Shown one piece after another: positions 9,373 through 18,812 of a stretch of 64,000 bases of DNA. Positions within the stretch are counted from its first letter, which is position 1. Each line of letters opens with the position of its first letter. The position numbers were made by a program, and so were the translations under genes. Origin of the DNA: an uncultured Pseudomonadales bacterium. Lineage in GTDB: Bacteria; Patescibacteriota; Microgenomatia; UBA1400; RBG-16-45-19. The notes under the pieces were generated by a model. The model had not been told where the DNA came from, did not search any database, and worked only from the letters and a program-made list of their open reading frames with translations. The stretch spans positions 5,103 to 69,102 of the forward strand of contig CAYYKL010000004.1 in NCBI GenBank assembly GCA_964441155.1. The letters are read 5' to 3'.

Positions 9373-10680
9373 ATGCAAGCATCAAGAAATTATCGTATTG
9401 GAGTGGTGGGAACTGGCTTTATTGCCAAGGGGTTAATCCACGCGCTCAACGACCATCCACAGCTTCAGGTAAGCAGCGTGTTAACGCGCCGGCCTATTCA
9501 AGGGGTCAATAACGTTCCCGTACCTCACTCAATCATAACCCAAGACATTGACAAGGTAATTAAGTCATCTGATTTAGTCGTGGAATGCACCGGCGATACG
9601 ATTCATGGCACCGATGTCATCGAAGCGGTTATCCGCGAAGGTTTGCCTGTAGTTACCATGAATCCTGAACTACACATTGTCTCGGGTACCAAGCTCTCTC
9701 AAAAGGGAACCGTTATTGAAGCCGAGGGTGATCAGCCCGGCACACTAGCAGCACTCGATATTGAACTTAAAGATATGGGTTTTGAACCCATTGTCTATGG
9801 CAACATCAAACGATTTTTAAATCTCAATCCAACTCGTGAAGACATGGAATATTGGTCGAAACGGCAAGGGATAAGCCTCAACATGGTGACTTCATTTACG
9901 GACGGTACAAAAGTGCAAGTTGAACAAGTTTTAGTGGCTAATAATTTAGGTGCGACCATCGCGTGCCGTGGCTTATCCGCCATTAATTGCATCAATCATG
10001 AAGACGGTGCGCTGCGCCTGGCTGAAATTGCTGAGAGCTACCATCAACCCATTAGTGATTATGTGGTTAGTCCCACGGCGCCTGCTGGAGTATTTATCGT
10101 TGCCAGGCATTCAGGCAAACAACAACCCTACCTGCAATACTTAAAGCTCGGAGATGGTCCTCATTACGTTATTATTCGCCCGTATCACCTGTGTCACTTG
10201 GAAATCCCCAAAACAATCATGAAAGTGTTAACGGGAAGTCAACGTTACACTTTTAATAATGGTGGTAAGCCAGTGGCGCAAGTGGTGGCAGTTGCTAAAA
10301 AACCCTTGGCTGCAGGCGATAAATTTGCTAAAGCTGTTGGTAGTTTTGAATTGCGCGGAGAAGCAGTGCTTATTGACGCTCATTCTCAGGCTGTTCCGAT
10401 AAGCCTTATGGATAACGCTGTGCTTAAAAAAGCCATAGAGCCCGGAGAAATCATAACCTTCGCTGATGTGGAATTGCCCCCATCACGAGCATTAACTCTC
10501 TGGCACGAAACGCTCGCAGATTTGGGCCATAAGCAAATCTACAAAAAACCAGTTGAGCGTAAACGCCCGCCAAAACCGAAAAGAACCACTATTATCCCTG
10601 AACCATATTTTAAGCCATCGTTGATGTATCGCGTCAGTCAATGGTTTTTTAAAGTACCTTCCGGAAGAATTGCCTCATGA
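9373..10680 (+). CDS. NAD(P)-binding oxidoreductase with a C-terminal SAF domain (COG4091-like 'predicted homoserine dehydrogenase with SAF domain')
   Basis: N-terminal Rossmann motif RIGVVGTGFIAKG. The C-terminal region KPLAAGDKFAKAVGSFELRGEAVLID resembles a SAF domain. It sits inside the glycosyltransferase operon. Confidence 0.45.
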   Translation: MQASRNYRIGVVGTGFIAKGLIHALNDHPQLQVSSVLTRRPIQGVNNVPVPHSIITQDIDKVIKSSDLVVECTGDTIHGTDVIEAVIREGLPVVTMNPELHIVSGTKLSQKGTVIEAEGDQPGTLAALDIELKDMGFEPIVYGNIKRFLNLNPTREDMEYWSKRQGISLNMVTSFTDGTKVQVEQVLVANNLGATIACRGLSAINCINHEDGALRLAEIAESYHQPISDYVVSPTAPAGVFIVARHSGKQQPYLQYLKLGDGPHYVIIRPYHLCHLEIPKTIMKVLTGSQRYTFNNGGKPVAQVVAVAKKPLAAGDKFAKAVGSFELRGEAVLIDAHSQAVPISLMDNAVLKKAIEPGEIITFADVELPPSRALTLWHETLADLGHKQIYKKPVERKRPPKPKRTTIIPEPYFKPSLMYRVSQWFFKVPSGRIAS

Positions 10681-11600
10681 AAAACAAGCTGCCTACCGTA
10701 ACCATCGGCATTCCTGCCTACAATGAAGAAGCCAATATTGGAAATCTTTTATCAGACATAAAAAAGCAGGAAACCCAGACTTTTAGGCTTAAAAAAATTG
10801 TGGTTGCTTGTGATTCACCTAGTGATCATACGTTTGAAATTGTTAAACGCCATGCCCGGCGCAATAAAAAAATAGAGATCATCAATGGCCACAAACGACT
10901 TGGTCAAACAACCAGGCTTGGTCAATTATTTTCTATGACTGAAACAGATTATCTCGTTTGCTTTGATGCCGACGTGGCTTTGGTAGACCCCAAAGTCATT
11001 GAGAAATTAATTCAACCGCTTGAGGACCAAAAAAGCGTCGGATTAGTTGGAGCAAATTTGCAACCAGCGAAAGCCGAAAATCTTTTTGAACACGCGATGA
11101 ATACGATGTTTGAAATCTGGTATAAAGTTCGTCTTCAGCACCAAAGTGGCAATAATATTTTCAGTCATTTAGGTGCCGCTTTCGCTATTAGAAGTGAATT
11201 GGCTCATGCCATTCATTTCCCTAGCTTTATCGTGGCTAATCAACACTTTTTGTATATCAGTGTTTTGCGCAAAGGGTGGCGCTTTGCCTTTGCTCGAGAG
11301 GCGCGAGTATTGTTCCGATCACCGTCGTGTTTTGCTGATTATCACGTCCAGGCAACTCGACCATTTACGGAAAAGGAGCAAATATTTGCGTATTTCGGTA
11401 ATGGTGTGAAAAGTTTGTTTGCAATACCAATGTCATATAAAACAAAAGCAATTTTGCTTACCTTTTTACAAAGCCCCTTGCTAACGAGCCTGGGATTGAC
11501 GTTATTCGCCTGGATTCGCGTGTATACCCACTTAACCATTGCCAAAAAACAAACAGTTTTGTGGGACACACCATTTTCCACCAAACGAGCAGTGGCCTAA
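10677..11600 (+). CDS. Family-2 glycosyltransferase
   Basis: TVTIGIPAYNEEANIGNLLSDIKKQ...VVACDSPSDHT. It shares the C-terminal ...WDT..STKR motif with the next ORF, so the two look like tandem paralogs. Confidence 0.75.
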   Translation: MKNKLPTVTIGIPAYNEEANIGNLLSDIKKQETQTFRLKKIVVACDSPSDHTFEIVKRHARRNKKIEIINGHKRLGQTTRLGQLFSMTETDYLVCFDADVALVDPKVIEKLIQPLEDQKSVGLVGANLQPAKAENLFEHAMNTMFEIWYKVRLQHQSGNNIFSHLGAAFAIRSELAHAIHFPSFIVANQHFLYISVLRKGWRFAFAREARVLFRSPSCFADYHVQATRPFTEKEQIFAYFGNGVKSLFAIPMSYKTKAILLTFLQSPLLTSLGLTLFAWIRVYTHLTIAKKQTVLWDTPFSTKRAVA

Positions 11601-11626
11601 AAAATACTACGCAATAAGGATTTGCT

Positions 11627-12541
11627 ATGAAGACTAAAAAAATAACTATTGGAATTCCCACCTATTACGGCGGTCCATCACTGGTTGAAACGGTTAGAAG
11701 TATCCGTGCAAGCAGTAACTATTCGGATGCCTTAGTTGTGGTTTGTGTCGATGGTGTGCCGCTAAAAAAACCAATAGAAAAAGCATTGCAGGCACTTAAT
11801 GTCGATATCGTATTCAGCGAAGTTCGCGGTGGCCAAGTTGCCCGGATTAAACAAATTATTGGCATGTGTAAAACTCAATTTCTCGTACTTACCCAAGACG
11901 ACATCATCCTTGATGCTCAATCGCTTGAAAGAATTGTGGCGGAGTTTGATCAAAATCCAAAAACGACAATGGTTGCGGCATGTGAATTACCCACCAAACC
12001 AATAATGCTATTTGAAAAAATATTGGCTTCTGGATACGAAAGTGCCCTATGGATTGGCGAACATTGGAACAACGGGGACAATTATTTACTACCCAGTGGG
12101 AGATGCTTAGCTTTTCGCACGGCTCACGCGCAAAAATTTTCTTTACCCGAAGAAATTATTAATTCAGATACCTATCTGTATTTTGAAAATAAGCGCCTTA
12201 AAGGGTTGTGTCGGTATGTGAAGAGTGCAGTTGTGTATAATCCGCTGCCGCAAAAACTAAAAGAGCACATCAATCAAAGCCGTAAGTTTGCAATTTCTCA
12301 AGCAGAAAACCAACGCTATTTCAAACGAGATTTGAACCGTGAATATGCCATCCCCACATCTCTAAAAGTGATGGGCTTGATCCGATCACTTAGCAAACAA
12401 CCGCTATACACGGTGGCTTATCTGACAATTAATGTTTACACCCGAATTGCAGGTAGAAATTTATTTAAAAACGCCACCCGTTTTTGGGATACAGACAGCT
12501 CTACCAAAAGGCTTAAATCGAGCATGACCGCAGGAAAATAG
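11627..12541 (+). CDS. Family-2 glycosyltransferase-like protein (divergent)
   Basis: KITIGIPTYYGGPSLVETVRSIRAS...VVVCVDGVP, with the C-terminal FWDTDSSTKR. It is a paralog of 10677..11600. Confidence 0.55.
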   Translation: MKTKKITIGIPTYYGGPSLVETVRSIRASSNYSDALVVVCVDGVPLKKPIEKALQALNVDIVFSEVRGGQVARIKQIIGMCKTQFLVLTQDDIILDAQSLERIVAEFDQNPKTTMVAACELPTKPIMLFEKILASGYESALWIGEHWNNGDNYLLPSGRCLAFRTAHAQKFSLPEEIINSDTYLYFENKRLKGLCRYVKSAVVYNPLPQKLKEHINQSRKFAISQAENQRYFKRDLNREYAIPTSLKVMGLIRSLSKQPLYTVAYLTINVYTRIAGRNLFKNATRFWDTDSSTKRLKSSMTAGK

Positions 12542-12571
12542 ATTTTCCTGACAACGTGCTCAACTTTCGAT

Positions 12572-14086
12572 ATGAAGACATTACTAGCCGCACTATCGCT
12601 TTGCTTCTTTTCAGCCCTCTTGCTAGGACTTACGGTGAGAGGCAATTGGGGCAATCCGCGACCAAGTGAGATATCTACCCATCTCGTTCAACAAGGTGAG
12701 GTTTTCGAGTCAACCCTTTCGCGTGGGCGCTATGCACAAACCATGGCATTAGTAGAAGATAAAGTGGCAAATCTAACAAACGGAAAAGAATTGGTGGCGT
12801 TACCAGACGCAGGGTATGTCTCTGATAGAGTATATCCTTTATTTGCTCCGGGCCTTGCATTTTATATGGCACCTGCCTACATGATTGGTGCTTATTTTAA
12901 CGCCAATCAAATAGCAGTGTTTTCCTTTATGTCGTTGATAAGCCTTTGCTCAGTCATGATGCTGTTTGGTATACAAAAAGCAATCCGCATTCCTAGTTGG
13001 GCTGCCTGGTTTTCCAGTTTTGCCTTTTTATTCGGCACGAGCGCATTTCCCTATGCAGTAACCATTGCCCAACACAACGCAACGGTACTTTGCCTTTTGC
13101 TTATGTTGCTTGCAGGTATAAAGGGTGCTAGCAAGCCCTGGCTTTATATTTTCGGCTGGCTCGCCTATGGACTGGCAATATTTATGGATTATCCTAATCT
13201 ACTTCTATTGCTTCCCGCAGCTATTTACATGGGTTTAAGTAGCGCAACGATAATAAAAAACAAGCGAGATACAACCATTCGCTTGAAGTTGGCAGCCCTT
13301 TACTGTGTGGTCTTTTTTATGGTGGTTAATGGGTTGCATGGCTGGTATAACCAGGCTCACTTTGGCTCATTTAAGAATATTGGAACTTCGGTCTATACCC
13401 GAGTCCAAAATATGCAAGAGTTGCGGGATATTCGTGCCAACCCATTAGCACTTGAGCCAATTGCAGATACAAGACGTGTATCATCATCGCTCTTTCATCC
13501 GAGCAATTTGCCCAGAGGCATGGTTGTTTTGCTTTTCAGTTTAGATCGTGGCATCATTTTTTACGCGCCAATCGTACTTCTAGGTTTAGTGGGAATCTAT
13601 GGGCTGAGCAAATCAAAAGAGTTTTCTCGTTTGAGTGTGGCTCTTGCTATTACTATGGCCACTAATCTTGTCCTGTATGGCTCATTTGGTGATCCTTGGG
13701 GTGGTTGGGAATATGGACCGAGGTATCTTATACCAAGCATGGCAATACTAGCTGTTGGCCTCGGTAAAAGTCTCGCTGACATTAAAAGCCTTTGGTATCG
13801 ATTGTTAGCATTGCTTATCTTTGTCTATTCTTCCACCATAAACACCTTTGCCGTTCTCACCACCAATCAATCAATACCGAGCGTTGAATCAGGTGTGATG
13901 GAATTTGCATTTGTGCATAAAATTTCGCTGTTAAAAAATGGCATGATTTCAAGTTTTGCTTATCGAGAATGGTTACGTAATTACATGACTGAATACCAAT
14001 TTTTTATCGTGATCATGACTATAATCGTGATCGCTGCTTATTTAAGCCTTCTTATTGCGCCATTATTTGATCGGGAAAAAAGATAG
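12572..14086 (+). CDS. Integral-membrane GT-C-type glycosyltransferase (PMT/ArnT-like, PMT_2 family)
   Basis: 504 aa with about 11 predicted TM segments. The first extracytoplasmic loop ...EVFESTLSRGRYAQTMALVED... resembles the DE..RYA..A motif of the ArnT/PMT family. Confidence 0.45.
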   Translation: MKTLLAALSLCFFSALLLGLTVRGNWGNPRPSEISTHLVQQGEVFESTLSRGRYAQTMALVEDKVANLTNGKELVALPDAGYVSDRVYPLFAPGLAFYMAPAYMIGAYFNANQIAVFSFMSLISLCSVMMLFGIQKAIRIPSWAAWFSSFAFLFGTSAFPYAVTIAQHNATVLCLLLMLLAGIKGASKPWLYIFGWLAYGLAIFMDYPNLLLLLPAAIYMGLSSATIIKNKRDTTIRLKLAALYCVVFFMVVNGLHGWYNQAHFGSFKNIGTSVYTRVQNMQELRDIRANPLALEPIADTRRVSSSLFHPSNLPRGMVVLLFSLDRGIIFYAPIVLLGLVGIYGLSKSKEFSRLSVALAITMATNLVLYGSFGDPWGGWEYGPRYLIPSMAILAVGLGKSLADIKSLWYRLLALLIFVYSSTINTFAVLTTNQSIPSVESGVMEFAFVHKISLLKNGMISSFAYREWLRNYMTEYQFFIVIMTIIVIAAYLSLLIAPLFDREKR

Positions 14087-14087
14087 T

Positions 14088-15719
14088 ATGAACTTCAAAT
14101 TTAGTGGCTCAAGTTTTCAATTAACCCTGCCTCATGCACCTTGGCAAAGATTTGCAAGTGTTTTTAACCGTCAGAGCACTAACATCGTGCTGGCATTAAG
14201 CGTCTTATTTTCCTGGATCAGTTGGTTTTACTATTTCTCAAATGGAAACAACTTGGCTTATAACGATGCGATGTCTCACCTTGATATTGCCCGTAGAGTT
14301 TATGACAATCTTACTCCAGGTGCAGCTCAGCTGGGCAGCGTTTGGTTGCCACTTTCCCACGTGTTAATGCTACCTACCATTTGGATTGATTTTTTCTGGC
14401 GATCAGGATTCTCTGCTGCAATTGTATCCATGATTGCTTACAGCATCACAGTCGTAGCCATTTTCAAAACCAGTAAATCTTTGGGGCTTTCAACCAAAGC
14501 TTCATTAATTGCTGCAGCGGTGACGGGATTAAATACCAATTTTTTATACTTACAAACAACTGCCTTAACCGAGCCACTCTTTATGGCATGCGCGAGTATG
14601 TCTCTGTATTACTTGGCAGTATGGGTAAAAAGTAATCAATTATACAGCTTAATTGGTGCCGCGTTTTGGATTATGTTGTCAAGCTTAACCCGATATGATG
14701 GCTGGGCGTTACTAGGATTATCGGGCATTTGCGTAGTTGTTATTTCGTATCTTCGAACTAAAAAATATAAAGTATTAGAAGGAAACGCAATTCTTTTTGG
14801 AACCCTAGCTGGATTGGGCATTGTATTATGGTTGGGCTGGAATTACATGATTTTTGGTAATCCACTTTATTTTGCCACCGGAGAATTTTCGGCAAAAGCT
14901 CAGCAAGATATTTTAGAAGCAGCTAATGATTTACCCACCAAACATAACTTATGGATATCATTTATAACGTATGTCTATGCCATGATCAGCAATATTGGCT
15001 TAATCAGTATAGTGATTGCCTGTTTTGGCTGGATACTCTTTCTAAAACAAAAATTGGCCACTTACAAAGTGTTGGCTCTGGCATTTGCAGCGCCGCTTAT
15101 TTTCAACATACTGGCTCTTTATTTAGGTCATTCTGTCATTCATTTACCTGAATTGTTCGGTGCCAGCTGGTTTAATGTCCGCTACGGCCTCATTGTTTTG
15201 CCATGGGTTGCTATCGGAGTCGCCTATGTCTTTGAACAGAAAAGTGTCTTGGCTAAATCACTCGTTCCTTATCTGTTATTTTTGCAAATTGGAATGTTCT
15301 TTAATAACCGTTATATCGTGACCGTTGATGATGGTCTTTGGGGTTCGAGTCAAAAAAATGTAAAACAAGTAGGTCTATTCATTAATGAAAAAATTGGTCC
15401 TACCAACCAACCGATATTAGTTTCTGTTGCCTCGCACGATGCCATTCTTTTTCAAAGTGGACTTCCGATGAAACGATTTATCCACGAGGGAACAGGAGAT
15501 TTCTGGGACGAGGCACTCATTGATCCCGATCAATTTGCACCATATGTTCTCATGCGCACCCACGATAATCTCGATTCTGTTGCCAGAGAAATGGATAAAG
15601 TTCCTGGCTTTTTTGAGCGCTACGAACTACTTTATGACGATGAATATGCCGATGTCTATCAACGCAAACTTCCAGATTCAATCACTATGAGCGAAGCGGG
15701 GGATAATGAAGCCAATTAA
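14088..15719 (+). CDS. Integral-membrane GT-C-type glycosyltransferase (PMT/ArnT-like) with a C-terminal soluble domain
   Basis: Multi-TM N-terminal region with ...YNDAMSHLDIARRVYDN... in its first loop, then about 150 aa of soluble C-terminus. The ORF track starts it at 14055, overlapping the upstream gene; ATG 14088 immediately after the upstream stop is the more likely start. Confidence 0.45.
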   Translation: MNFKFSGSSFQLTLPHAPWQRFASVFNRQSTNIVLALSVLFSWISWFYYFSNGNNLAYNDAMSHLDIARRVYDNLTPGAAQLGSVWLPLSHVLMLPTIWIDFFWRSGFSAAIVSMIAYSITVVAIFKTSKSLGLSTKASLIAAAVTGLNTNFLYLQTTALTEPLFMACASMSLYYLAVWVKSNQLYSLIGAAFWIMLSSLTRYDGWALLGLSGICVVVISYLRTKKYKVLEGNAILFGTLAGLGIVLWLGWNYMIFGNPLYFATGEFSAKAQQDILEAANDLPTKHNLWISFITYVYAMISNIGLISIVIACFGWILFLKQKLATYKVLALAFAAPLIFNILALYLGHSVIHLPELFGASWFNVRYGLIVLPWVAIGVAYVFEQKSVLAKSLVPYLLFLQIGMFFNNRYIVTVDDGLWGSSQKNVKQVGLFINEKIGPTNQPILVSVASHDAILFQSGLPMKRFIHEGTGDFWDEALIDPDQFAPYVLMRTHDNLDSVAREMDKVPGFFERYELLYDDEYADVYQRKLPDSITMSEAGDNEAN

Positions 15720-17001
15720 ACGATTTCTATCAGTGGCTATCGCCAGTTTTGTGGTGCTTTTTCCACATAAGGTGCATGCTGAGGCTCAACCTCGCTTGTG
15801 GAATATTCAATCAATCGACACCATGAAGATATCCCGAGATCGTTCAAAACAACAATTTAGCGATCAGCAAATAATTAATGAGTTAGAACTCGTAAAAAAC
15901 GCAGGTGCAAACTACGTCGGCATTGCCACTCCTTATGATGAAGAATTCTATCCAGTGCTCAAGCGATGGAGTGATTTAGCCCATCAAATGGGATTGTCAG
16001 TTTGGTTTAGAGGGAATTTTTCTGCTTGGGAAGGCTGGTTTGGTTATGAAAAAAACATGACTCGACAAGAGCATCTTACAAAAACCAAAGCTTTTATCCT
16101 GGCACATCCCAATCTATTCCAAGATGGAGATAGTTTTACTGGATGTCCTGAATGTGAAAATGGCGGTCCAGGCGATCCACGCACGACCCGAGACCATGTA
16201 GGACATAGACAGTTTTTAATTGACCAGTATGAAACAGCCAATGCTGCCTTTAAACAAATCAATAAACAGGTCGAAACAAATTGGTTTTCAATGAATGGAG
16301 ATATTGCTCGATACGTTATGGATAAAGCGACCGTGGATAAACTTGGTGGGCTGATAACTATCGATCACTATGTCGCCACACCAGAACAATTTGAAGCTGA
16401 TTTACTAAAGTTGCACACTGAGCTTGGTGCAAAAGTGCTTCTTGGAGAAATTGGCGTGCCTATTCCGGACATTCATGGCTCTCTTACCAAAGATGAGCAG
16501 GCGACACTTTTACCCAAATATCTGGATGTCATGTTGAAACATCAGAATTTTGTCATTGGCTTTAATTACTGGACACATCATGATGCTTCAACCGCAATTG
16601 CCAATAGTCAATTGCAGCCATATCCTGCCTATTACCGCTTGCAAGACTATTGGCAACCAGGGACCGTAAAAGGGCATATCGCTAATAATCTCATGGATCC
16701 TCTCTCAAACGCACAGATTAGTCATGCTTACGGCAACGCTCTGACGGATGAGAACGGTGATTATGAATTACTCCTTCCGGTAGGCGAATACGACTTAACG
16801 GTAAGTCGTGATGGTTATATCAGCCAAACGCACCGCGTAAAAATATTTGAATATTCCACCATGGATTTACCAATTTTTCTCGAACCACAAGAGCCAGGTT
16901 TTTGGTATAAAGCTAGAGAACGAATGCAACAATTGCTTGAGAATATGCGTCCAATTTCTCAACTTCCCCAACGGTTTCGACAGTTATTGTCAACGCGGTA
17001 A
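15706..17001 (+). CDS. Secreted TIM-barrel glycoside-hydrolase-like protein (clan GH-A-like) with a C-terminal carboxypeptidase-regulatory-like domain
   Basis: Signal peptide MKPIKRFLSVAIASFVVLFPHKVHA. ...VLLGEIGVP... resembles the GH-A nucleophile motif. C-terminal DENGDYELLLPVGEYDLTVSRDGYISQTHRVKI is a CarboxypepD_reg-like motif. Confidence 0.45.
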   Translation: MKPIKRFLSVAIASFVVLFPHKVHAEAQPRLWNIQSIDTMKISRDRSKQQFSDQQIINELELVKNAGANYVGIATPYDEEFYPVLKRWSDLAHQMGLSVWFRGNFSAWEGWFGYEKNMTRQEHLTKTKAFILAHPNLFQDGDSFTGCPECENGGPGDPRTTRDHVGHRQFLIDQYETANAAFKQINKQVETNWFSMNGDIARYVMDKATVDKLGGLITIDHYVATPEQFEADLLKLHTELGAKVLLGEIGVPIPDIHGSLTKDEQATLLPKYLDVMLKHQNFVIGFNYWTHHDASTAIANSQLQPYPAYYRLQDYWQPGTVKGHIANNLMDPLSNAQISHAYGNALTDENGDYELLLPVGEYDLTVSRDGYISQTHRVKIFEYSTMDLPIFLEPQEPGFWYKARERMQQLLENMRPISQLPQRFRQLLSTR

Positions 17002-17054
17002 TACTAGAAGCTTATTTCAGTTATACTTAGTTGAATGCTTTTTCGGTTAAGAAA

Positions 17055-17579
17055 CTAAATCGCAATAGCTCGGACGATTAAGCGCTTAGAATCTAGAAAG
17101 CCCGAGCAGGTATAGAGCGTTAGCGTGGGCTCCATGGTTTGTTGAATCCAAGAGATATCACTGGGATTTACTTCGGTAATGTGTTCAATTCGATAAGTAT
17201 GTTCGTTCTGGTTTTGATCGGTGACACTTATCCATTCGCCTGTTTTCAGTTCATCGAGTGACCCAAAAATGTGGGGATAGTTGTGGCCATAAATCACCAC
17301 ATTGCCGCCTGTCCCCAAACCAGCTGATTCACTTAAATAATTGCCCATGGTGTTGTCGACATACCAGGTGCCATCTGAAAGCTCGGTTCTCACCAAATTG
17401 ATATGTTTGCCTGAAGGCAATTTAATTTTCACCGGCAACAAGCGTTGTTCGAAGACCGGGCTTGAAATTCTAGGCGGCTGCTCTGTCCCTATAGTAATTA
17501 GACCTGAAGCAATAAACATCAAACCTATAACAAATAGGATTCGTAATGTATTTCGATAAATACGGGAACGCTTTGCCAT
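17055..17579 (-). CDS. Sortase (class E-like transpeptidase)
   Basis: N-terminal TM anchor, the conserved IYGHN histidine block, and the LTLYTC active-site cysteine (TLxTC). It lies immediately downstream of a LAXTG substrate gene. Confidence 0.75.
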   Translation of the reverse strand: MAKRSRIYRNTLRILFVIGLMFIASGLITIGTEQPPRISSPVFEQRLLPVKIKLPSGKHINLVRTELSDGTWYVDNTMGNYLSESAGLGTGGNVVIYGHNYPHIFGSLDELKTGEWISVTDQNQNEHTYRIEHITEVNPSDISWIQQTMEPTLTLYTCSGFLDSKRLIVRAIAI

Positions 17580-17604
17580 AATCTAGGTTATTAATTAACT
17601 GAAT

Positions 17605-18330
17605 TTACCGAGATTTTCTTGAAGCTATCCATGAGCCAAAGCTGAGCACTAAACCGGAAAACATTTTGATTGCGTCGGCATAGCCTGATCCCGTAAATGC
17701 GAGCTCGACAGCGGCAGCCACCTCATTTTGTGTTTCAGTCGTGTTCGAAGTCGTGCTTGCGCTTGTTCCACCAACACCAGAGCTAGTTGATGGCTGAGTC
17801 GTTGGTGTAGGTGTCGGATCAGGAGATTGTGTTGGGGTTGGACCAGGGATGGGTGTGGGAGTTGGCTCAACATCACCACATACAAATGACGTGTTTTGAG
17901 CTAAATATCGATAATCACCCAAATTCCATTGAAAACCATTTTCCACAAACCAGCCTTGCAATTCAGCTAATGTTTTCCACCAATTTGTTTGAATGCCATC
18001 ACTACCTTCTTCGGGGCAAAAGCATTGCACATAATTACCATTTTCCAAGGAATAGACGTCGTCACTTCCATATAACAATGGACCACCTACAATTTGATGC
18101 CAGCCTTGCTGCCAACTTGCGTGATCTCCTGGGTTTTGCAACAGTTCTTGACAAGCTGGAAATGAAGCTTCCGTTTCAGGAGTTGGTGTGGGTGTTTGAG
18201 TTGGTGTGATTTCAATCGAAGCAGACTCGCTTGAGTCAGTGGCTCGAACCAGATTAACGCCTTGCGCAAACGCACCAGACATCAGTACACTAGTGAATAA
18301 TAAGCTTGAAAAAAGTTTAGAGTTAGTCAT
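17605..18330 (-). CDS. Sortase-anchored surface protein (LAFTG sorting signal) with Pro/Thr-rich linkers and a Trp/Cys-rich central domain
   Basis: Signal peptide. PTQTPTPTP and PTPTPIPGPTPTQSPDPTPTPTT linkers. C-terminal LAFTG, then a hydrophobic stretch and an SRKSR tail, which is a canonical cell-wall sorting signal (LAXTG is the class E sortase motif). Confidence 0.7.
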   Translation of the reverse strand: MTNSKLFSSLLFTSVLMSGAFAQGVNLVRATDSSESASIEITPTQTPTPTPETEASFPACQELLQNPGDHASWQQGWHQIVGGPLLYGSDDVYSLENGNYVQCFCPEEGSDGIQTNWWKTLAELQGWFVENGFQWNLGDYRYLAQNTSFVCGDVEPTPTPIPGPTPTQSPDPTPTPTTQPSTSSGVGGTSASTTSNTTETQNEVAAAVELAFTGSGYADAIKMFSGLVLSFGSWIASRKSR

Positions 18331-18431
18331 ATGCTTAAAGTTATATAGTATTTGCTACTAGGTCTTAATAATGAGGGTATTATAAACCCTATAACTATAT
18401 TTATCAAGTCAATGTGGCTGAATAAATTACC

Positions 18432-18806
18432 ATGAAGGATTCATCTACCTCGACAACCTTTACTGGCAGAAAAGCAGAAGATTTAGCTCAGAGATTTCTG
18501 CATGAAAAAGGATGGCGTTATATCACCAAAAACTTTTTAGGTCCGGGGGGAGAAATTGATCTCGTTTTTGTTGATAAAAAAAACGATCAACTAGTTTTTG
18601 TGGAGGTTAAAGCGAGAAATTCATCGCAATTTGGAAGTGCTCTTGAAGCGGTAACCCCACAAAAACTCAAACGAATTCAGCGAGTGGGTTTATTTTTTAT
18701 GCAAACGCATCCAAAACTGCCGCAAAGTGGGCGCATTGACATCGTTTCAATTTCTTACCATCCGAATAAGCAGCCTGCGATTGAACACCTTGAAAATATT
18801 TTTTAA
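18432..18806 (+). CDS. yraN: YraN/UPF0102 family endonuclease
   Basis: GRKAEDLAQRFLHEKGWRYITKNF...GEIDLVFVDKKNDQLVFVEVKAR matches the YraN family. Confidence 0.8.
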   Translation: MKDSSTSTTFTGRKAEDLAQRFLHEKGWRYITKNFLGPGGEIDLVFVDKKNDQLVFVEVKARNSSQFGSALEAVTPQKLKRIQRVGLFFMQTHPKLPQSGRIDIVSISYHPNKQPAIEHLENIF

Positions 18807-18812
18807 GAAGTT

